A program made the position numbers and the translations under genes. Under the pieces are notes generated by a model. The model made no database searches. It was given only the letters and a program-made list of their open reading frames with translations, and was not told where the DNA came from. Source: Synechococcus sp. (GTDB lineage: Bacteria; Cyanobacteriota; Cyanobacteriia; PCC-6307; Cyanobiaceae). Taken from it: a stretch of DNA of 64,000 bases. This document shows positions 10,630-20,757 of this stretch, piece by piece. Each line of letters begins with the position of its first letter. The stretch's first letter is position 1. The DNA is taken from the NCBI GenBank assembly GCA_047285305.1, contig JBJBDL010000003.1, positions 416,001 to 480,000 of the forward strand. Reading direction: 5' to 3'.

Positions 10630-11625
10630 ATGACTGCCTCCGGATCCACCGCTGCCTACCGCTTCAGTGTGGCCCCGATGCTGGATTGCACCGACCGCCA
10701 CTTCCGGGTGCTGATGCGGCAGATCAGCCGCAGAGCCCTGCTCTATAGCGAAATGGTGGTAGCCCAGGCGCTGCACCACAGCAAGCGACGCAACAAGCTG
10801 CTGGACTTTGATCCTGTGGAGCATCCCATCGCCCTGCAGGTGGGGGGGGAGGACCCAGTCCTGCTGGCCGAGGCGGCACGACTGGCGCAGGACTGGGGCT
10901 ACGACGAGATCAACCTCAATGTGGGTTGTCCCAGCCAGAAAGTGCAGGCCGGAAATTTCGGTGCCTGCCTGATGGCGGAACCGGATCTGGTCGCCCGCTG
11001 CGTGGAAGCCATGGTGGACGCAGGGGGACTCCCCGTGACCGTGAAGCATCGGATCGGCATTGATGATCTGGACAGCGATGCGCTGCTGACGAACTTCGTG
11101 GATCGGGTGGCGCTGGCGGGGGCCAGCCGCTTCGCTGTTCATGCCCGTAAGGCCTGGCTGGAGGGCCTCGATCCCAAGCAGAACAGGACGATTCCTCCGC
11201 TCCAGCATGAGCGCGTGGTGGCGCTTAAGCAACGCCGCCCCGACCTGGTGATTGAACTCAACGGGGGGCTGGAATCCCCTGAAGACTGCCTTCAGGCACT
11301 GGAAGAGTGCGATGGCGCCATGGTTGGCCGAGCGGCCTACAGCCATCCCCTGCGCTGGACCAGCGTCGACGCCCTCATTTTCGGGGAGGAATCACGCCAG
11401 ATCCTGGCGTCAGACGTTGTGAACGGACTGGTTCCCCATGCGGCCGCTCATCTGGAGCGAGGGGGCCGAATCTGGGACCTCTGCCGTCACTTAGTGCAGC
11501 TGGTGGAAGGCGTTCGTGGTGCGCGGCACTGGCGCCGGGAGCTGGGAGAGAAAGCCCAGCGCCCAGGGGCCGATCTGGATGTGCTGCTCAATGCCGGGCA
11601 GCAGCTCAAGGACGCAGGGCTCTGA
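10630..11625 (+). CDS. dusA: tRNA-dihydrouridine(20/20a) synthase
   Basis: FSVAPMLDCTDRH, NLNVGCPS, VKHRIGID, VHARKAWL, NRTIPPL. Confidence 0.95.
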   Translation: MTASGSTAAYRFSVAPMLDCTDRHFRVLMRQISRRALLYSEMVVAQALHHSKRRNKLLDFDPVEHPIALQVGGEDPVLLAEAARLAQDWGYDEINLNVGCPSQKVQAGNFGACLMAEPDLVARCVEAMVDAGGLPVTVKHRIGIDDLDSDALLTNFVDRVALAGASRFAVHARKAWLEGLDPKQNRTIPPLQHERVVALKQRRPDLVIELNGGLESPEDCLQALEECDGAMVGRAAYSHPLRWTSVDALIFGEESRQILASDVVNGLVPHAAAHLERGGRIWDLCRHLVQLVEGVRGARHWRRELGEKAQRPGADLDVLLNAGQQLKDAGL

Positions 11626-11638
11626 TCAACGGCTGAGG

Positions 11639-12208
11639 TCAGCCCTCAGCTCCGCCGTAACCGGAATAGTCATCGCCACCGCCACTGGACGATCCACGGC
11701 GACGACGGCTGCGACCTTCGTCGTAGGCATTGCCATCACCAGTGTTATCGCGGGCGCCATAGCTGCGGTCTTCCCAGCCCCGTGCACCGGAGGGACGATC
11801 GCCACCGCCACCGGCGTAACCACCGCCACCGCCACCGCCACCGGCGTAACCACCGCCACCGGCGTAACCACCGCCACCGCCACCGCCGCGATAACCACCG
11901 CCACCACCGCCGTAGCCACCACCGCCGCCACCGCCATAACCGCCGCCGCCACGACGGGGGGCGCTGCCGCGGGGCTCAGCTTTATTGATCCGCAAAGGAC
12001 GGCCCATCAGTTCTGCACCCTGCAGCCCCTCAATCGCTGCCACTTCGGTGGACTCATCGGCCATCTCAATGAAGGCAAAACCACGCTTGCGGCCTGTATC
12101 CCGCTCGAGGGGCAGCGCGCAGTTGGTCACTTCACCGAACTGGGCAAACAGTTCGATCACATCTTCCTGCTCAGCGCGGAAGGGAAGGTTGCCGACAAAA
12201 ATGCTCAC
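11639..12208 (-). CDS. rbp: RRM RNA-binding protein with a glycine-rich tail
   Basis: RNP2 IFVGNL, RNP1 RGFAFIEM, GGGY repeats; GTG start. Confidence 0.95.
   Translation of the reverse strand: MSIFVGNLPFRAEQEDVIELFAQFGEVTNCALPLERDTGRKRGFAFIEMADESTEVAAIEGLQGAELMGRPLRINKAEPRGSAPRRGGGGYGGGGGGGYGGGGGGYRGGGGGGGYAGGGGYAGGGGGGGGYAGGGGDRPSGARGWEDRSYGARDNTGDGNAYDEGRSRRRRGSSSGGGDDYSGYGGAEG
11801..11950 (-). repeat. Gly-rich coding tandem repeat (GGY/GGYA units) in rbp
   Basis: ccggcgtaaccaccgccacc occurs three times within runs of (ccaccg)n. Confidence 0.9.
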
Positions 12209-12334
12209 GTTTTGCGTGGACCGGGTACGAAACAGTGGACCGATGAGGCCTTGAACATTGCCATCGGGCCATGACTCCGGAACGAAGTGACATACCTTTG
12301 GCTGATTAAGCGTAGACCCGGTTAAGGGTGAGAG

Positions 12335-13753
12335 TCATCCCACCGGCTGAGTTCCGTTGAAACGCTGTAACCAGCGCTGAAGCTGTTCATCAACACGCTC
12401 AAATCCTGTCCCCCCTTCACTGCGACGGGCGGCCACAACAGCACGTGGAGCCAAGGCATCGTGCAGATCCGCCTCAAAGGCCGGGTGGAGTTCCTTCCAG
12501 GCACTCAGATCAAGATCCCGCAACAGACATCCCTGCTCTAGACAGCGTCGGACGACAGCACCGACCAATTGATAAGCCTCGCGAAATGGAACACCACGAG
12601 ACACCAGATAGTCGGCAACATCCGTTGCATTGGAGAAATCCTGCTCCACCGCTTCATTGAGGCGCTCGACTCTGAAATCAAGGCCTTCCTCAAACAAAAT
12701 CGTCATCGCCTCAACGCAATCACGTGTTGTGCGGAAAGCATCAAACAGCGCCTCCTTGTCTTCCTGAAAATCCTTGTTGTAGGCCAGAGGAAGACCCTTG
12801 ATCATGGTCAGCAACCCCTGGAGATGTCCGAAGACCCGTCCGGTCTTGCCCCGAACCAGCTCAGGCACATCGGGATTCTTCTTCTGGGGCATCAGGCTGC
12901 TGCCCGTGGCACAGCGGTCGGTGAGCCGCACGAAGCCGAATTCCTCGGACGCCCAGGCGATCACCTCTTCCGCCAGACGGCTGAGGTGCACCATCACCAA
13001 GGAGGCTGCAGCGGAGAACTCAATGCAGAAATCGCGATCACTGACCGCATCGAGGCTGTTGGCATAAACCACTGAAAAACCGAGCTCCTTCGCGGTGAGC
13101 TGGCGATCAATCGGGACCGGCGTGCCCGCCAAGGCAGCAGCGCCAAGCGGGCAGATGTTCACGCGTTTCCGCACATCCTGAAGTCGCTCACGGTCGCGCT
13201 CCAGCATCTCGACATAGGCGAGCAGGTGATGGGCGAGACAAAGCGGCTGGGCACGCTGCAGGTGGGTGTACCCGGGAATCATGGTGCGGCGGTGGCGATC
13301 CGCCTGGGTCAGCAGCGCCCCCTGCAACCGCTGCAGATCCTGATCCAGGCCATCCAGCCGTCGCCGCAGCCAGAGGCGTAGGTCAGTCCCAACCTGATCG
13401 TTGCGGCTGCGTCCGGTGTGCAACTTCTTGCCCACAGGACCGAGCAAGGCAATCAGCCGGCGTTCCACAGCGAAATGAACGTCCTCATCAGCCAAGCCAG
13501 GCTGGAAACTGCCGGATGCCGCCTCAGCACGAACGGTCTCCAGGCCCTCCACCAGCTGCTCAGCCTCCCCTTCCGTGATCACTCCGACGCTGGCGAGCAT
13601 CCGAGCATGGGCGATCGACCCATCGAGATCCTCCTGAAGAAGGGTCAGGTCAAAACCGATGGAGGCGTTGAACGCCTCGATGAAGGGATGCAAACCCTGC
13701 TCAAAACGATCGCTCCAGGTGCCTGCTGCACCACCGGTCACCCCACCAGCCAT
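12335..13753 (-). CDS. argH: Argininosuccinate lyase
   Basis: [33 protein letters not shown] at 13753. Confidence 0.97.
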   Translation of the reverse strand: MAGGVTGGAAGTWSDRFEQGLHPFIEAFNASIGFDLTLLQEDLDGSIAHARMLASVGVITEGEAEQLVEGLETVRAEAASGSFQPGLADEDVHFAVERRLIALLGPVGKKLHTGRSRNDQVGTDLRLWLRRRLDGLDQDLQRLQGALLTQADRHRRTMIPGYTHLQRAQPLCLAHHLLAYVEMLERDRERLQDVRKRVNICPLGAAALAGTPVPIDRQLTAKELGFSVVYANSLDAVSDRDFCIEFSAAASLVMVHLSRLAEEVIAWASEEFGFVRLTDRCATGSSLMPQKKNPDVPELVRGKTGRVFGHLQGLLTMIKGLPLAYNKDFQEDKEALFDAFRTTRDCVEAMTILFEEGLDFRVERLNEAVEQDFSNATDVADYLVSRGVPFREAYQLVGAVVRRCLEQGCLLRDLDLSAWKELHPAFEADLHDALAPRAVVAARRSEGGTGFERVDEQLQRWLQRFNGTQPVG

Positions 13754-13781
13754 CAATTCATCCGTCGATTTCCTCAGCTTG

Positions 13782-15194
13782 TCAGGCGATTGACCGTCCC
13801 TGCACACTTGGCAACGTGACCGCCTCCGGAACTTTCAGCACCACAAGCGACGCGTCATCCTCCAGCTGACGATCCGGACCAACAAAACGGTCCAAGCGTT
13901 CAAACAGGCTTTCAAGAATTCCCTGCGCTCCCTGACCACTGCGACAGGCCGTTTCAAGGGCACGAATCAGCCGCGCCTCATCGAAACGATCGCCCGTGAT
14001 CCCCGGTGCTTCGGTGACACCATCGGTGTAGTAGAGCAACACGTCTCCCGGTTCAAGGCAAATCTCGCCAAGGGCGAACTCAGCTTCGGGTTGGAGACCG
14101 ATCAGCAGCCCAGCCGCATCGAGCCGCATGATCACCCGTCGCTCAGCGCGCCAAAGCAGGGGCGGGTTGTGGGCCGCATTGGCATAACGCAACCGCAGCG
14201 TGCGCGGATCCAGGTCGGAATAAAACAACGTCACAAACCGGTGCGACTGCGCCAGGTCTTCCTGCGCCAAGTGGTTGAGATCGTGAAGAATCCGATCCGG
14301 TGGCAGACCGCTGAGGACCTCCGCACGCAGCATCCCGCGCAGCATCGTCATTAGCAGACCAGCGGGCACGCCCTTCCCCATGACATCACCCATTACCAGG
14401 GCCCAGCGACCCCGCTCACGGCGTCGACCGATGAGTTCCGGACGGGTGGGAATGAAGTCGTAGTAGTCACCGCCCACCTGAAACGCAGGCCGACAGCGCG
14501 CGGCCAGATCAACGCCCTCGATCACCGGGCAACGATCCGGCAACAACTGGGCCTGAATCTCTGCACCAATGCTGAGTTGTCGATCCACCCGCTCATGCCG
14601 GCGAGCGTCCTGCAGCATCTGATCGTTTTCGATCGCAACACCAGCAAGATCCGCCACCAACTGAACGTGCCGACGGTGCACCTCGGTCCAGACCAACGAG
14701 CCGTTACGGGCGTACACGTAAAGGCGGCCCCGCGTTCGACCACGGGCCGTCATAGACGTGGCAAACAAAACCGCTTTGGGAAGGCAGCGTTGCACCAGCC
14801 GGTCGAGCGCCAACAGCTGCTGATCGTCGCTGCCGAAGCCCACGGCAGAGCCGGGTTCAAAGGCTGCCAAACGCCGCAGCAGATCCTGGGACGGCTCGGC
14901 TGGACTCCCCTGCAGCTGATCACGCCAGAGGCGACCATCCGACTGAAACGGAACAAGCAAGGCCCCCTCAACACCTACCAGCCGCGAGGCCACAACAGGC
15001 ACAAGCTCAAGAAAGCGCTGGAGGTTGGTGAAGCTGCGAAGGGCAAACCCCAGGGAGACCAATAGATCCTGATTGCGGCGCTGTTCGCTGCTGAGACTGT
15101 CAAACAGCTGACGCAATGAAGCCATGGCCTCAGGCGAGGGGTTCCCGGTCCGCTGCGCAGAGCTGGGATGACGTCCGGGCGGCTTGCTGCTCAA
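13782..15194 (-). CDS. GAF plus SpoIIE/PP2C (RsbU-like) serine phosphatase
   Basis: [27 protein letters not shown]. Confidence 0.92.
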   Translation of the reverse strand: MSSKPPGRHPSSAQRTGNPSPEAMASLRQLFDSLSSEQRRNQDLLVSLGFALRSFTNLQRFLELVPVVASRLVGVEGALLVPFQSDGRLWRDQLQGSPAEPSQDLLRRLAAFEPGSAVGFGSDDQQLLALDRLVQRCLPKAVLFATSMTARGRTRGRLYVYARNGSLVWTEVHRRHVQLVADLAGVAIENDQMLQDARRHERVDRQLSIGAEIQAQLLPDRCPVIEGVDLAARCRPAFQVGGDYYDFIPTRPELIGRRRERGRWALVMGDVMGKGVPAGLLMTMLRGMLRAEVLSGLPPDRILHDLNHLAQEDLAQSHRFVTLFYSDLDPRTLRLRYANAAHNPPLLWRAERRVIMRLDAAGLLIGLQPEAEFALGEICLEPGDVLLYYTDGVTEAPGITGDRFDEARLIRALETACRSGQGAQGILESLFERLDRFVGPDRQLEDDASLVVLKVPEAVTLPSVQGRSIA

Positions 15195-15229
15195 CCTCGC
15201 ACCCCCAGGGTCCGCAAGGTAGCAACGCT

Positions 15230-16738
15230 TCAGCGTCCGGCCAGCAGAGCCTCAACGAATTCAAAACTGTTGAAGGGGCGCAAATCGCGAATCCCTTCCC
15301 CAGCGCCGATGAAACGTATCGGCAATCCAGCCTCAGACGACACCGCCAGCGCGACACCGCCACGGGCCGTGCCATCGAGTTTGGTGATCACAACGCCGGT
15401 GAGACCGGCCGCCTGGGCAAAGGCCATGGCCTGGCGAAGCCCGTTCTGACCCTGACTGGCATCAAGAACCAGCAGGGATTCAACCTTCGCCTCCGGCGCC
15501 AAACGGTCGATGATCTTTCTGACTTTTTCGAGTTCCTCCATCAGGTTGTGCTTGGTCTGCAAGCGTCCGGCGGTGTCCACCAACAGCAGATCAGACTTGC
15601 GCGCGCGAGCGGCACCAATCGCGTCGAACACAACGGCAGCGGGGTCGGCATTGCTGCTGGGGTTGGACACCACTGGAACATCACTGCGCTCTCCCCAGAC
15701 CTCAACCTGCTGGACAGCTGCAGCCCGGAAGGTGTCGGCGGCCGCGATCAGAGCTGAATAGCCGCTGCGAACAGCAAGGTTGGCAAGTTTTCCAAGGGTG
15801 GTGGTCTTACCAACCCCATTCACCCCCACCATCAACCAGATGTTGAGGCGATCCCGTTCGGGCGCCAGAAGAGGAACACCACTGGCCTGGATCGGGGCAT
15901 CCAACAAGCCAAGCAGCTGTTCCTTGAGGAAGCGAATCCCCTCCACAGGATCGACCACCTCCTCATTCATCCGCTGTCGCAGGGCATCCAGCACCTGATC
16001 GGTGGCCTGGACGCCAGCGTCCGCCCTCAGCAGGAGGGTTTCGAGATCGTCGAGAACCTCCGGCGTCAGCGGATCGTCACCGAGATTCTCCAGAAGGCTG
16101 GTGACAAAGCCCTGACGGGTCTTTTCAAGACCGCGGCGAAGTCGACCCAACCAATCGATTTCCTCGAGGGAAACCTGATCGACGCGACGGCCCTGGGCTG
16201 CAAGCACCTCGGCAGACCAGGTGAAATCCTGATCAAAGTCACCCAACTGCGGCTCTTCTGAGTCGACAGCTGGCGCAGAGGTGGGAGCCGGCGTAGGTGC
16301 AGGGGGAGCCTCGAGAGCCCGTTCATCCAGATCCTGCTGACGCTTCTGGCGTTGAGCCGCGGCCTGCTCCAACAGCGACAGTGCGGGGGCTGGTGCTGGA
16401 GACGGCGTCGGTAGAGGCGTTGGTAACGGTGCCGGTCCTGGTGTTGGGGTTGGTGAAGGCGCTGGTTCTGGACTAGGCGCAGGGGTGGGCTCGGGGGCCG
16501 CATCGGCAACAGAGGCCGCGGCCTGTTGTTGAGCCTTCAGCCGGGCATAGGCCTCGCGAGCCCAAACCAGAGCCTCATCCTCTTCCTCACTGGCTGAAGG
16601 AGCTGGAGTCGGCTCCGGCGCTACTGAAACGGAAGCATCAGTCCCACCAGCCGTCGGTTCCGACGTCGGCGCGGGGGTGGGCGTCGGCTGCGGCGTCGGT
16701 GATTCCTCAGCCTGTCGTTCGAACCAGTTGAACACCAT
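15230..16738 (-). CDS. ftsY: SRP receptor FtsY with a Pro/Ala-rich N-terminal extension
   Basis: GVNGVGKTT, DTFRAAA, DTAGR, TKLDGTARGG. Confidence 0.97.
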   Translation of the reverse strand: MVFNWFERQAEESPTPQPTPTPAPTSEPTAGGTDASVSVAPEPTPAPSASEEEDEALVWAREAYARLKAQQQAAASVADAAPEPTPAPSPEPAPSPTPTPGPAPLPTPLPTPSPAPAPALSLLEQAAAQRQKRQQDLDERALEAPPAPTPAPTSAPAVDSEEPQLGDFDQDFTWSAEVLAAQGRRVDQVSLEEIDWLGRLRRGLEKTRQGFVTSLLENLGDDPLTPEVLDDLETLLLRADAGVQATDQVLDALRQRMNEEVVDPVEGIRFLKEQLLGLLDAPIQASGVPLLAPERDRLNIWLMVGVNGVGKTTTLGKLANLAVRSGYSALIAAADTFRAAAVQQVEVWGERSDVPVVSNPSSNADPAAVVFDAIGAARARKSDLLLVDTAGRLQTKHNLMEELEKVRKIIDRLAPEAKVESLLVLDASQGQNGLRQAMAFAQAAGLTGVVITKLDGTARGGVALAVSSEAGLPIRFIGAGEGIRDLRPFNSFEFVEALLAGR

Positions 16739-17373
16739 CAGACCGATGCTTTCGATTGAGCGTCATGGAAGCGACGCAACACACCATTGATCATCCGGCG
16801 ACCCTGCTCATCGCTGTAACGGTTGGCCAGCTCAACCGCCTCGTTGAACGCCACCGGAGCCGGAGTGCGCAGGCTTTCGAGGTCAACGACAGCCAACCGG
16901 AGGATGTCTCGATCGATCCGCGGAAGCCGGGTCAGTCTCCAGCCCTCCATCACCTGATCCAACCGTTTGTCGATGCCCTCGCGCTGGGCGAGCACCTTCT
17001 GAACCCGCTCCATGGCGCCGCGGCGAATCTGCTCCTGGTCGCCAAGCAACAACAGCCGAGGCAACTCAAGACTGGCTGACAAACCATTCAGCACCTGTTC
17101 AGCGGAACTCAAAGAGGCGCGCAGATGGGTGCGGACGGTGTCATGGGTTCCTGGTTCGCCCTGCTGTAGCTCGCTGTCCAGCAGTGACTGCTGCGCTTGA
17201 TCGAGCTCTGCAGCACTGGCATCAAGCGACTCACGCCAGTGCTGGGTGAGGGTGTCGAGGGCCTGGTCCAGGATCGAATCAAGGGACTGGTCAGCGACTG
17301 AGGCTGACTTGTGTTCCGACACCTGACCAAGCACCAGCAAGGCCAGCTCGCGTGTAAGGGATCGTGTGGCCAT
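16738..17373 (-). CDS. nusB: Transcription antitermination factor NusB
   Basis: RELAL, IDRDILRLA, NEAVELA, INGVL. Confidence 0.94.
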   Translation of the reverse strand: MATRSLTRELALLVLGQVSEHKSASVADQSLDSILDQALDTLTQHWRESLDASAAELDQAQQSLLDSELQQGEPGTHDTVRTHLRASLSSAEQVLNGLSASLELPRLLLLGDQEQIRRGAMERVQKVLAQREGIDKRLDQVMEGWRLTRLPRIDRDILRLAVVDLESLRTPAPVAFNEAVELANRYSDEQGRRMINGVLRRFHDAQSKASV

Positions 17374-17376
17374 GAC

Positions 17377-18111
17377 TCAGCTGGAAGGAGATGCAGAAGC
17401 CCGTAACTGGGCCATGAGGCTGGAGAAACTCCGGTTCACAGGAGCTTCACGATCATCGGGGTTGACGATGCCGGCCGAAATGATCGTTCGGAAAGCTTCT
17501 TCAACGCTGATCTCCAGCTCTCGGACGGATCCAGCTGGAACAAGGGTGTACCAACCGGTGGTGGGATTCGGAGCGGTGGGAATGAACACACTCAACAGGG
17601 GCTCCTTCAGATCAGATTGAAGTGAAGGCCCCACCTCCCCGGTGACAAAACCAACGCTGAACAATCCCTCCCGTGGGTACTCAACGAGAACAACACGACG
17701 AAAGCGAGAGGAGTTGTCGCGGAAAAAGGTCTCGAGCAGCTGCTTCAGCGTCTTGTAGACCGATCCAGCCAGGGGAATCCGGCTCAAGGTGCCTTCACCG
17801 AACTCCAACAGCCAGCGACCCACGATGTTTCGCGCCATCAAGCCGATCAAAAGGATGCCCATCAGAGGCACCGTGAGACCGAGAGCCAGATTGATCAGAT
17901 CCTGAAGCAATGGATTCAGGGTGATGAACGGGTTGAACTGCTTCGGTATCGAGGTCAGGAACGCCAGAACAAAGCGACTGACGATCGTTGACAGCCAAAT
18001 GGTGGTCGCCAATGGAATAACCACAAGCAACCCTGCAATCAGGTCGTTTTTCAGATCCTGCCGAAGCCTTGCGGACAGCGGCAGATCAGGTCTGGGATTG
18101 GACTGGACCAA
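17377..18111 (-). CDS. DUF502 membrane protein
   Basis: AGLLVVIPL, VLVEYPREG, FIPTAPNPTTG. Confidence 0.9.
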   Translation of the reverse strand: MVQSNPRPDLPLSARLRQDLKNDLIAGLLVVIPLATTIWLSTIVSRFVLAFLTSIPKQFNPFITLNPLLQDLINLALGLTVPLMGILLIGLMARNIVGRWLLEFGEGTLSRIPLAGSVYKTLKQLLETFFRDNSSRFRRVVLVEYPREGLFSVGFVTGEVGPSLQSDLKEPLLSVFIPTAPNPTTGWYTLVPAGSVRELEISVEEAFRTIISAGIVNPDDREAPVNRSFSSLMAQLRASASPSS

Positions 18112-18161
18112 GGAGCTACTGCGCCCAGCTTTGAGTGGAGTCTGACCAACCTAACCAGCGG

Positions 18162-18809
18162 TCAGAGCACTGCCGTGAACGCAAGGAGCGCAAACGCAAT
18201 CGCAAGAACCACAGCCGTAATGGTTCCACCGATGAACCGCTGCTGGGATTCACGGGCCTGGCCAGCCTCAAAGTTCTTGAATTGGGCCTCCATCTGGGCG
18301 ATCTGATCGTCCACCATCTTTTGTGCCGCCCGCAGCTTGTCGTCCTCGGTGGCATCGGCAGCTAGTTGACCGGCCTGGGCCAGTTGCTCACCAAGGGAGG
18401 TGACCTGCGCTGCATCGGCGCGGAAGGCTCGTGCATCCTTCAGCGCTTCGCGGCCCTGTTCCAGATTGCGCTGACGGGCCACCTCACCCGCACCCCCATC
18501 CAGGGACATGGGCACGGCCATCACCATGCCGAGGGCCAACAGCGCTGAAAGAACGGCGATCAGCAGACGCAAAGGAGTGCGCTGCTGATGGGGATGATCC
18601 AGCCGTGATCCGATCAGGCAGATCAACAAACCGGCAAATCCCAAAGGAGCAAGGGCCACAAGCGGTCCGGTGACCTGCGGGCGTGGAGCATCCGCACCCC
18701 AGTCGACACCTACAAGAACAGCCAACATCTGCAGGACGAGGATCACCACGAGGGTCAAACCAAGCCAGCGCAACAAGGAAGTAAGCCGTCCTGGCTCAGT
18801 GCCGGTCAC
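18162..18809 (-). CDS. HpsJ-like cyanobacterial membrane protein
   Basis: Three N-terminal TM helices, a coiled coil and a C-terminal TM helix; position between DUF502 and queG as recalled for picocyanobacteria. Confidence 0.65.
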   Translation of the reverse strand: MTGTEPGRLTSLLRWLGLTLVVILVLQMLAVLVGVDWGADAPRPQVTGPLVALAPLGFAGLLICLIGSRLDHPHQQRTPLRLLIAVLSALLALGMVMAVPMSLDGGAGEVARQRNLEQGREALKDARAFRADAAQVTSLGEQLAQAGQLAADATEDDKLRAAQKMVDDQIAQMEAQFKNFEAGQARESQQRFIGGTITAVVLAIAFALLAFTAVL

Positions 18810-18845
18810 AGAGATGATGCTGATAAGCGCCCAACCTTAAGGTCG

Positions 18846-19811
18846 ATGCAAGGGCATGTCACCGATCCACAAACTCGTTTAAGCGAGGCTCTGAAGCGCC
18901 GCGCCGCTAAGGAAGGGTTCAATCCCGTAGGCATTGCCAGAATCCCGGGAAGTCCACGGCTGCAGCTGCGCACCAAAGCCCTGCAGCGATGGTTAGACCA
19001 TGGTCATCAAGCTGACATGGCCTGGATGGCCGCCCCCCGTCGGCGAGACCCCAGGCTTCTGTTGGAAGGAGCCAACAGCGTGCTCGCCGTTGGCCTCAAC
19101 TATTACGTCGACGCTCAACCCTCCCCCGGCTCCCTCAAAGTCGCCCGCTATGGCTGGGGGCGGGACTATCACCGGGTTGTGGATCAACGGCTGCGACGGA
19201 TCGGTCGCTGGCTTTCGAAACAAAGGCCCAGCTGCGGTTGGCGCGCCTGTGTTGACGCCACACCGCTGCTGGACAAGGCCTGGGCTGAGGAAGCCGGCCT
19301 GGGCTGGATCGGTAAGCACAGCAATCTGATTCACCCCGAACGGGGCTCGTGGATGGTGATTGGCCATCTGCTGACAACGGAGCCCTTGGACGCCGACCCA
19401 CCAGCCCGCAGCCTCTGTGGACGCTGCAGCTCCTGCATCGATGCCTGCCCCACTCATGCGATCCGCGAACCTTTTGTGGTGGATGCAAGGCGGTGTCTGG
19501 CCTTTCACACGATCGAAAACCGTGAAGACGACTTACCAGAGAACATTCGCGCCGCCCTTGGACCGTGGGTGGCAGGGTGTGACATCTGCCAGGACGTCTG
19601 CCCCTGGAACCATCGAAATTTGCCCCAGAGCAGTGATCCCGAGGTGCAGCCACGCCCATGGCTGCTGAATCTGCATAGGGAACAGATCCAGAGCTGGGGT
19701 GACAGCGACTGGGACCAAAACCTGCGGGGATCGGCGTTGCGACGGATTAAACCCTGGATGTGGCGTCGCAACGCCGCTGCAGCACAACCGGATCCCACAC
19801 CTACGCTTTAG
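18846..19811 (+). CDS. queG: Epoxyqueuosine reductase
   Basis: ARYGWGRDYH, GLGWIGK, CGRCSSCIDACPT, GCDICQDVCPWN. Confidence 0.96.
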   Translation: MQGHVTDPQTRLSEALKRRAAKEGFNPVGIARIPGSPRLQLRTKALQRWLDHGHQADMAWMAAPRRRDPRLLLEGANSVLAVGLNYYVDAQPSPGSLKVARYGWGRDYHRVVDQRLRRIGRWLSKQRPSCGWRACVDATPLLDKAWAEEAGLGWIGKHSNLIHPERGSWMVIGHLLTTEPLDADPPARSLCGRCSSCIDACPTHAIREPFVVDARRCLAFHTIENREDDLPENIRAALGPWVAGCDICQDVCPWNHRNLPQSSDPEVQPRPWLLNLHREQIQSWGDSDWDQNLRGSALRRIKPWMWRRNAAAAQPDPTPTL

Positions 19812-19830
19812 CGACTCCTCCCTCACTCCA

Positions 19831-20712
19831 GTGCTGCGTCGAATTGGCTTGCGTCGAACGCTGGCGGCTGCACTGGTCGTTCTTGGGGGTTCGTTTGGTG
19901 CCCCAGCAGCCAACGCCCTGATCCCCTACGTCTATCTACCCACCGAAGAGGACCTCGAGGGCTCATCGATCGGCATGGGTCGGACGGCTGCACAGCTGCT
20001 TCAGCTGGGGCAAGCCAAAGACGCAGCACGACTCGCGGCTCTGGCGGTGCGGCTTAACCCAAATGACGAACGGTTCTGGTCGATCCTGGCGGAGGCTCAA
20101 CTGCGCAATAACAACCTCAAGGACGCAAGCCGGTCTCTGGCCCGCGCCAAGCAACTGAATCCTGAAAAAGCCGGCCTGTGGTTCGCCGAAGCAGCAATCG
20201 CCCTGCGGGCAGAGCGACCGGACGATGCCGTTCCCTTGATTACCCGCGGACTCCAATTGGATCCGAACAACGCTTCGGCTTATTTCGACCTCGGCAACGC
20301 CAGGATCATGCAGGGAGAACTCCCTCTGGCCCTGAAGTCGTTCGAAAAAGCCACGGGCCTGAAGCCGGAGTTCTGGGAAGCCCTGAACAACCAGGCTCTG
20401 GTGCTTTTCGAGATGGGCCAGCGTCAGGAAGCGGTGCGTCGTTGGCGCCGGGTGTTGAAGCTGGAGACCAACGCAGAACCGATGCTGGCCCTGGCCGCAG
20501 CTCTGCATCAACAGGGTGAGCAGACCGAGGCGATCCAGCTGGCTTCCACAGCGTTGGCCAAGAACCCCAACTACGTCTTGCCCCTGCATCAAGCCGAACA
20601 GCTTTGGGGTGTGCGCATCCGTGAGGCGACGGCACAATTGCTGAGCGAGCCGCAGCTCACCAACAGCGTGGAACGAGCCCAAGCCAACGCAACGTGGAAG
20701 AAAAGCCAGTGA
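19831..20712 (+). CDS. Tetratricopeptide repeat protein with a signal peptide
   Basis: TPR-like helices (AYFDLGNA, ALNNQALV); GTG 19831 precedes a basic/hydrophobic leader. Confidence 0.85.
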   Translation: MLRRIGLRRTLAAALVVLGGSFGAPAANALIPYVYLPTEEDLEGSSIGMGRTAAQLLQLGQAKDAARLAALAVRLNPNDERFWSILAEAQLRNNNLKDASRSLARAKQLNPEKAGLWFAEAAIALRAERPDDAVPLITRGLQLDPNNASAYFDLGNARIMQGELPLALKSFEKATGLKPEFWEALNNQALVLFEMGQRQEAVRRWRRVLKLETNAEPMLALAAALHQQGEQTEAIQLASTALAKNPNYVLPLHQAEQLWGVRIREATAQLLSEPQLTNSVERAQANATWKKSQ

Positions 20713-20757
20713 TCATCTGTAGGCTGAGCGCCTTCCGGTCGGAGAGCGACAGACCGA

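Noticed and set aside
11516..12274. Thr/Ala-rich 252-aa ORF and His/Arg-rich ORF over rbp
   Set aside because: Alternative-frame readings of the Gly repeat.
16260..16710. Pro/Thr/Ala repeats in the ftsY N-terminus
   Set aside because: Ordinary low-complexity FtsY extension, not a separate repeat element.
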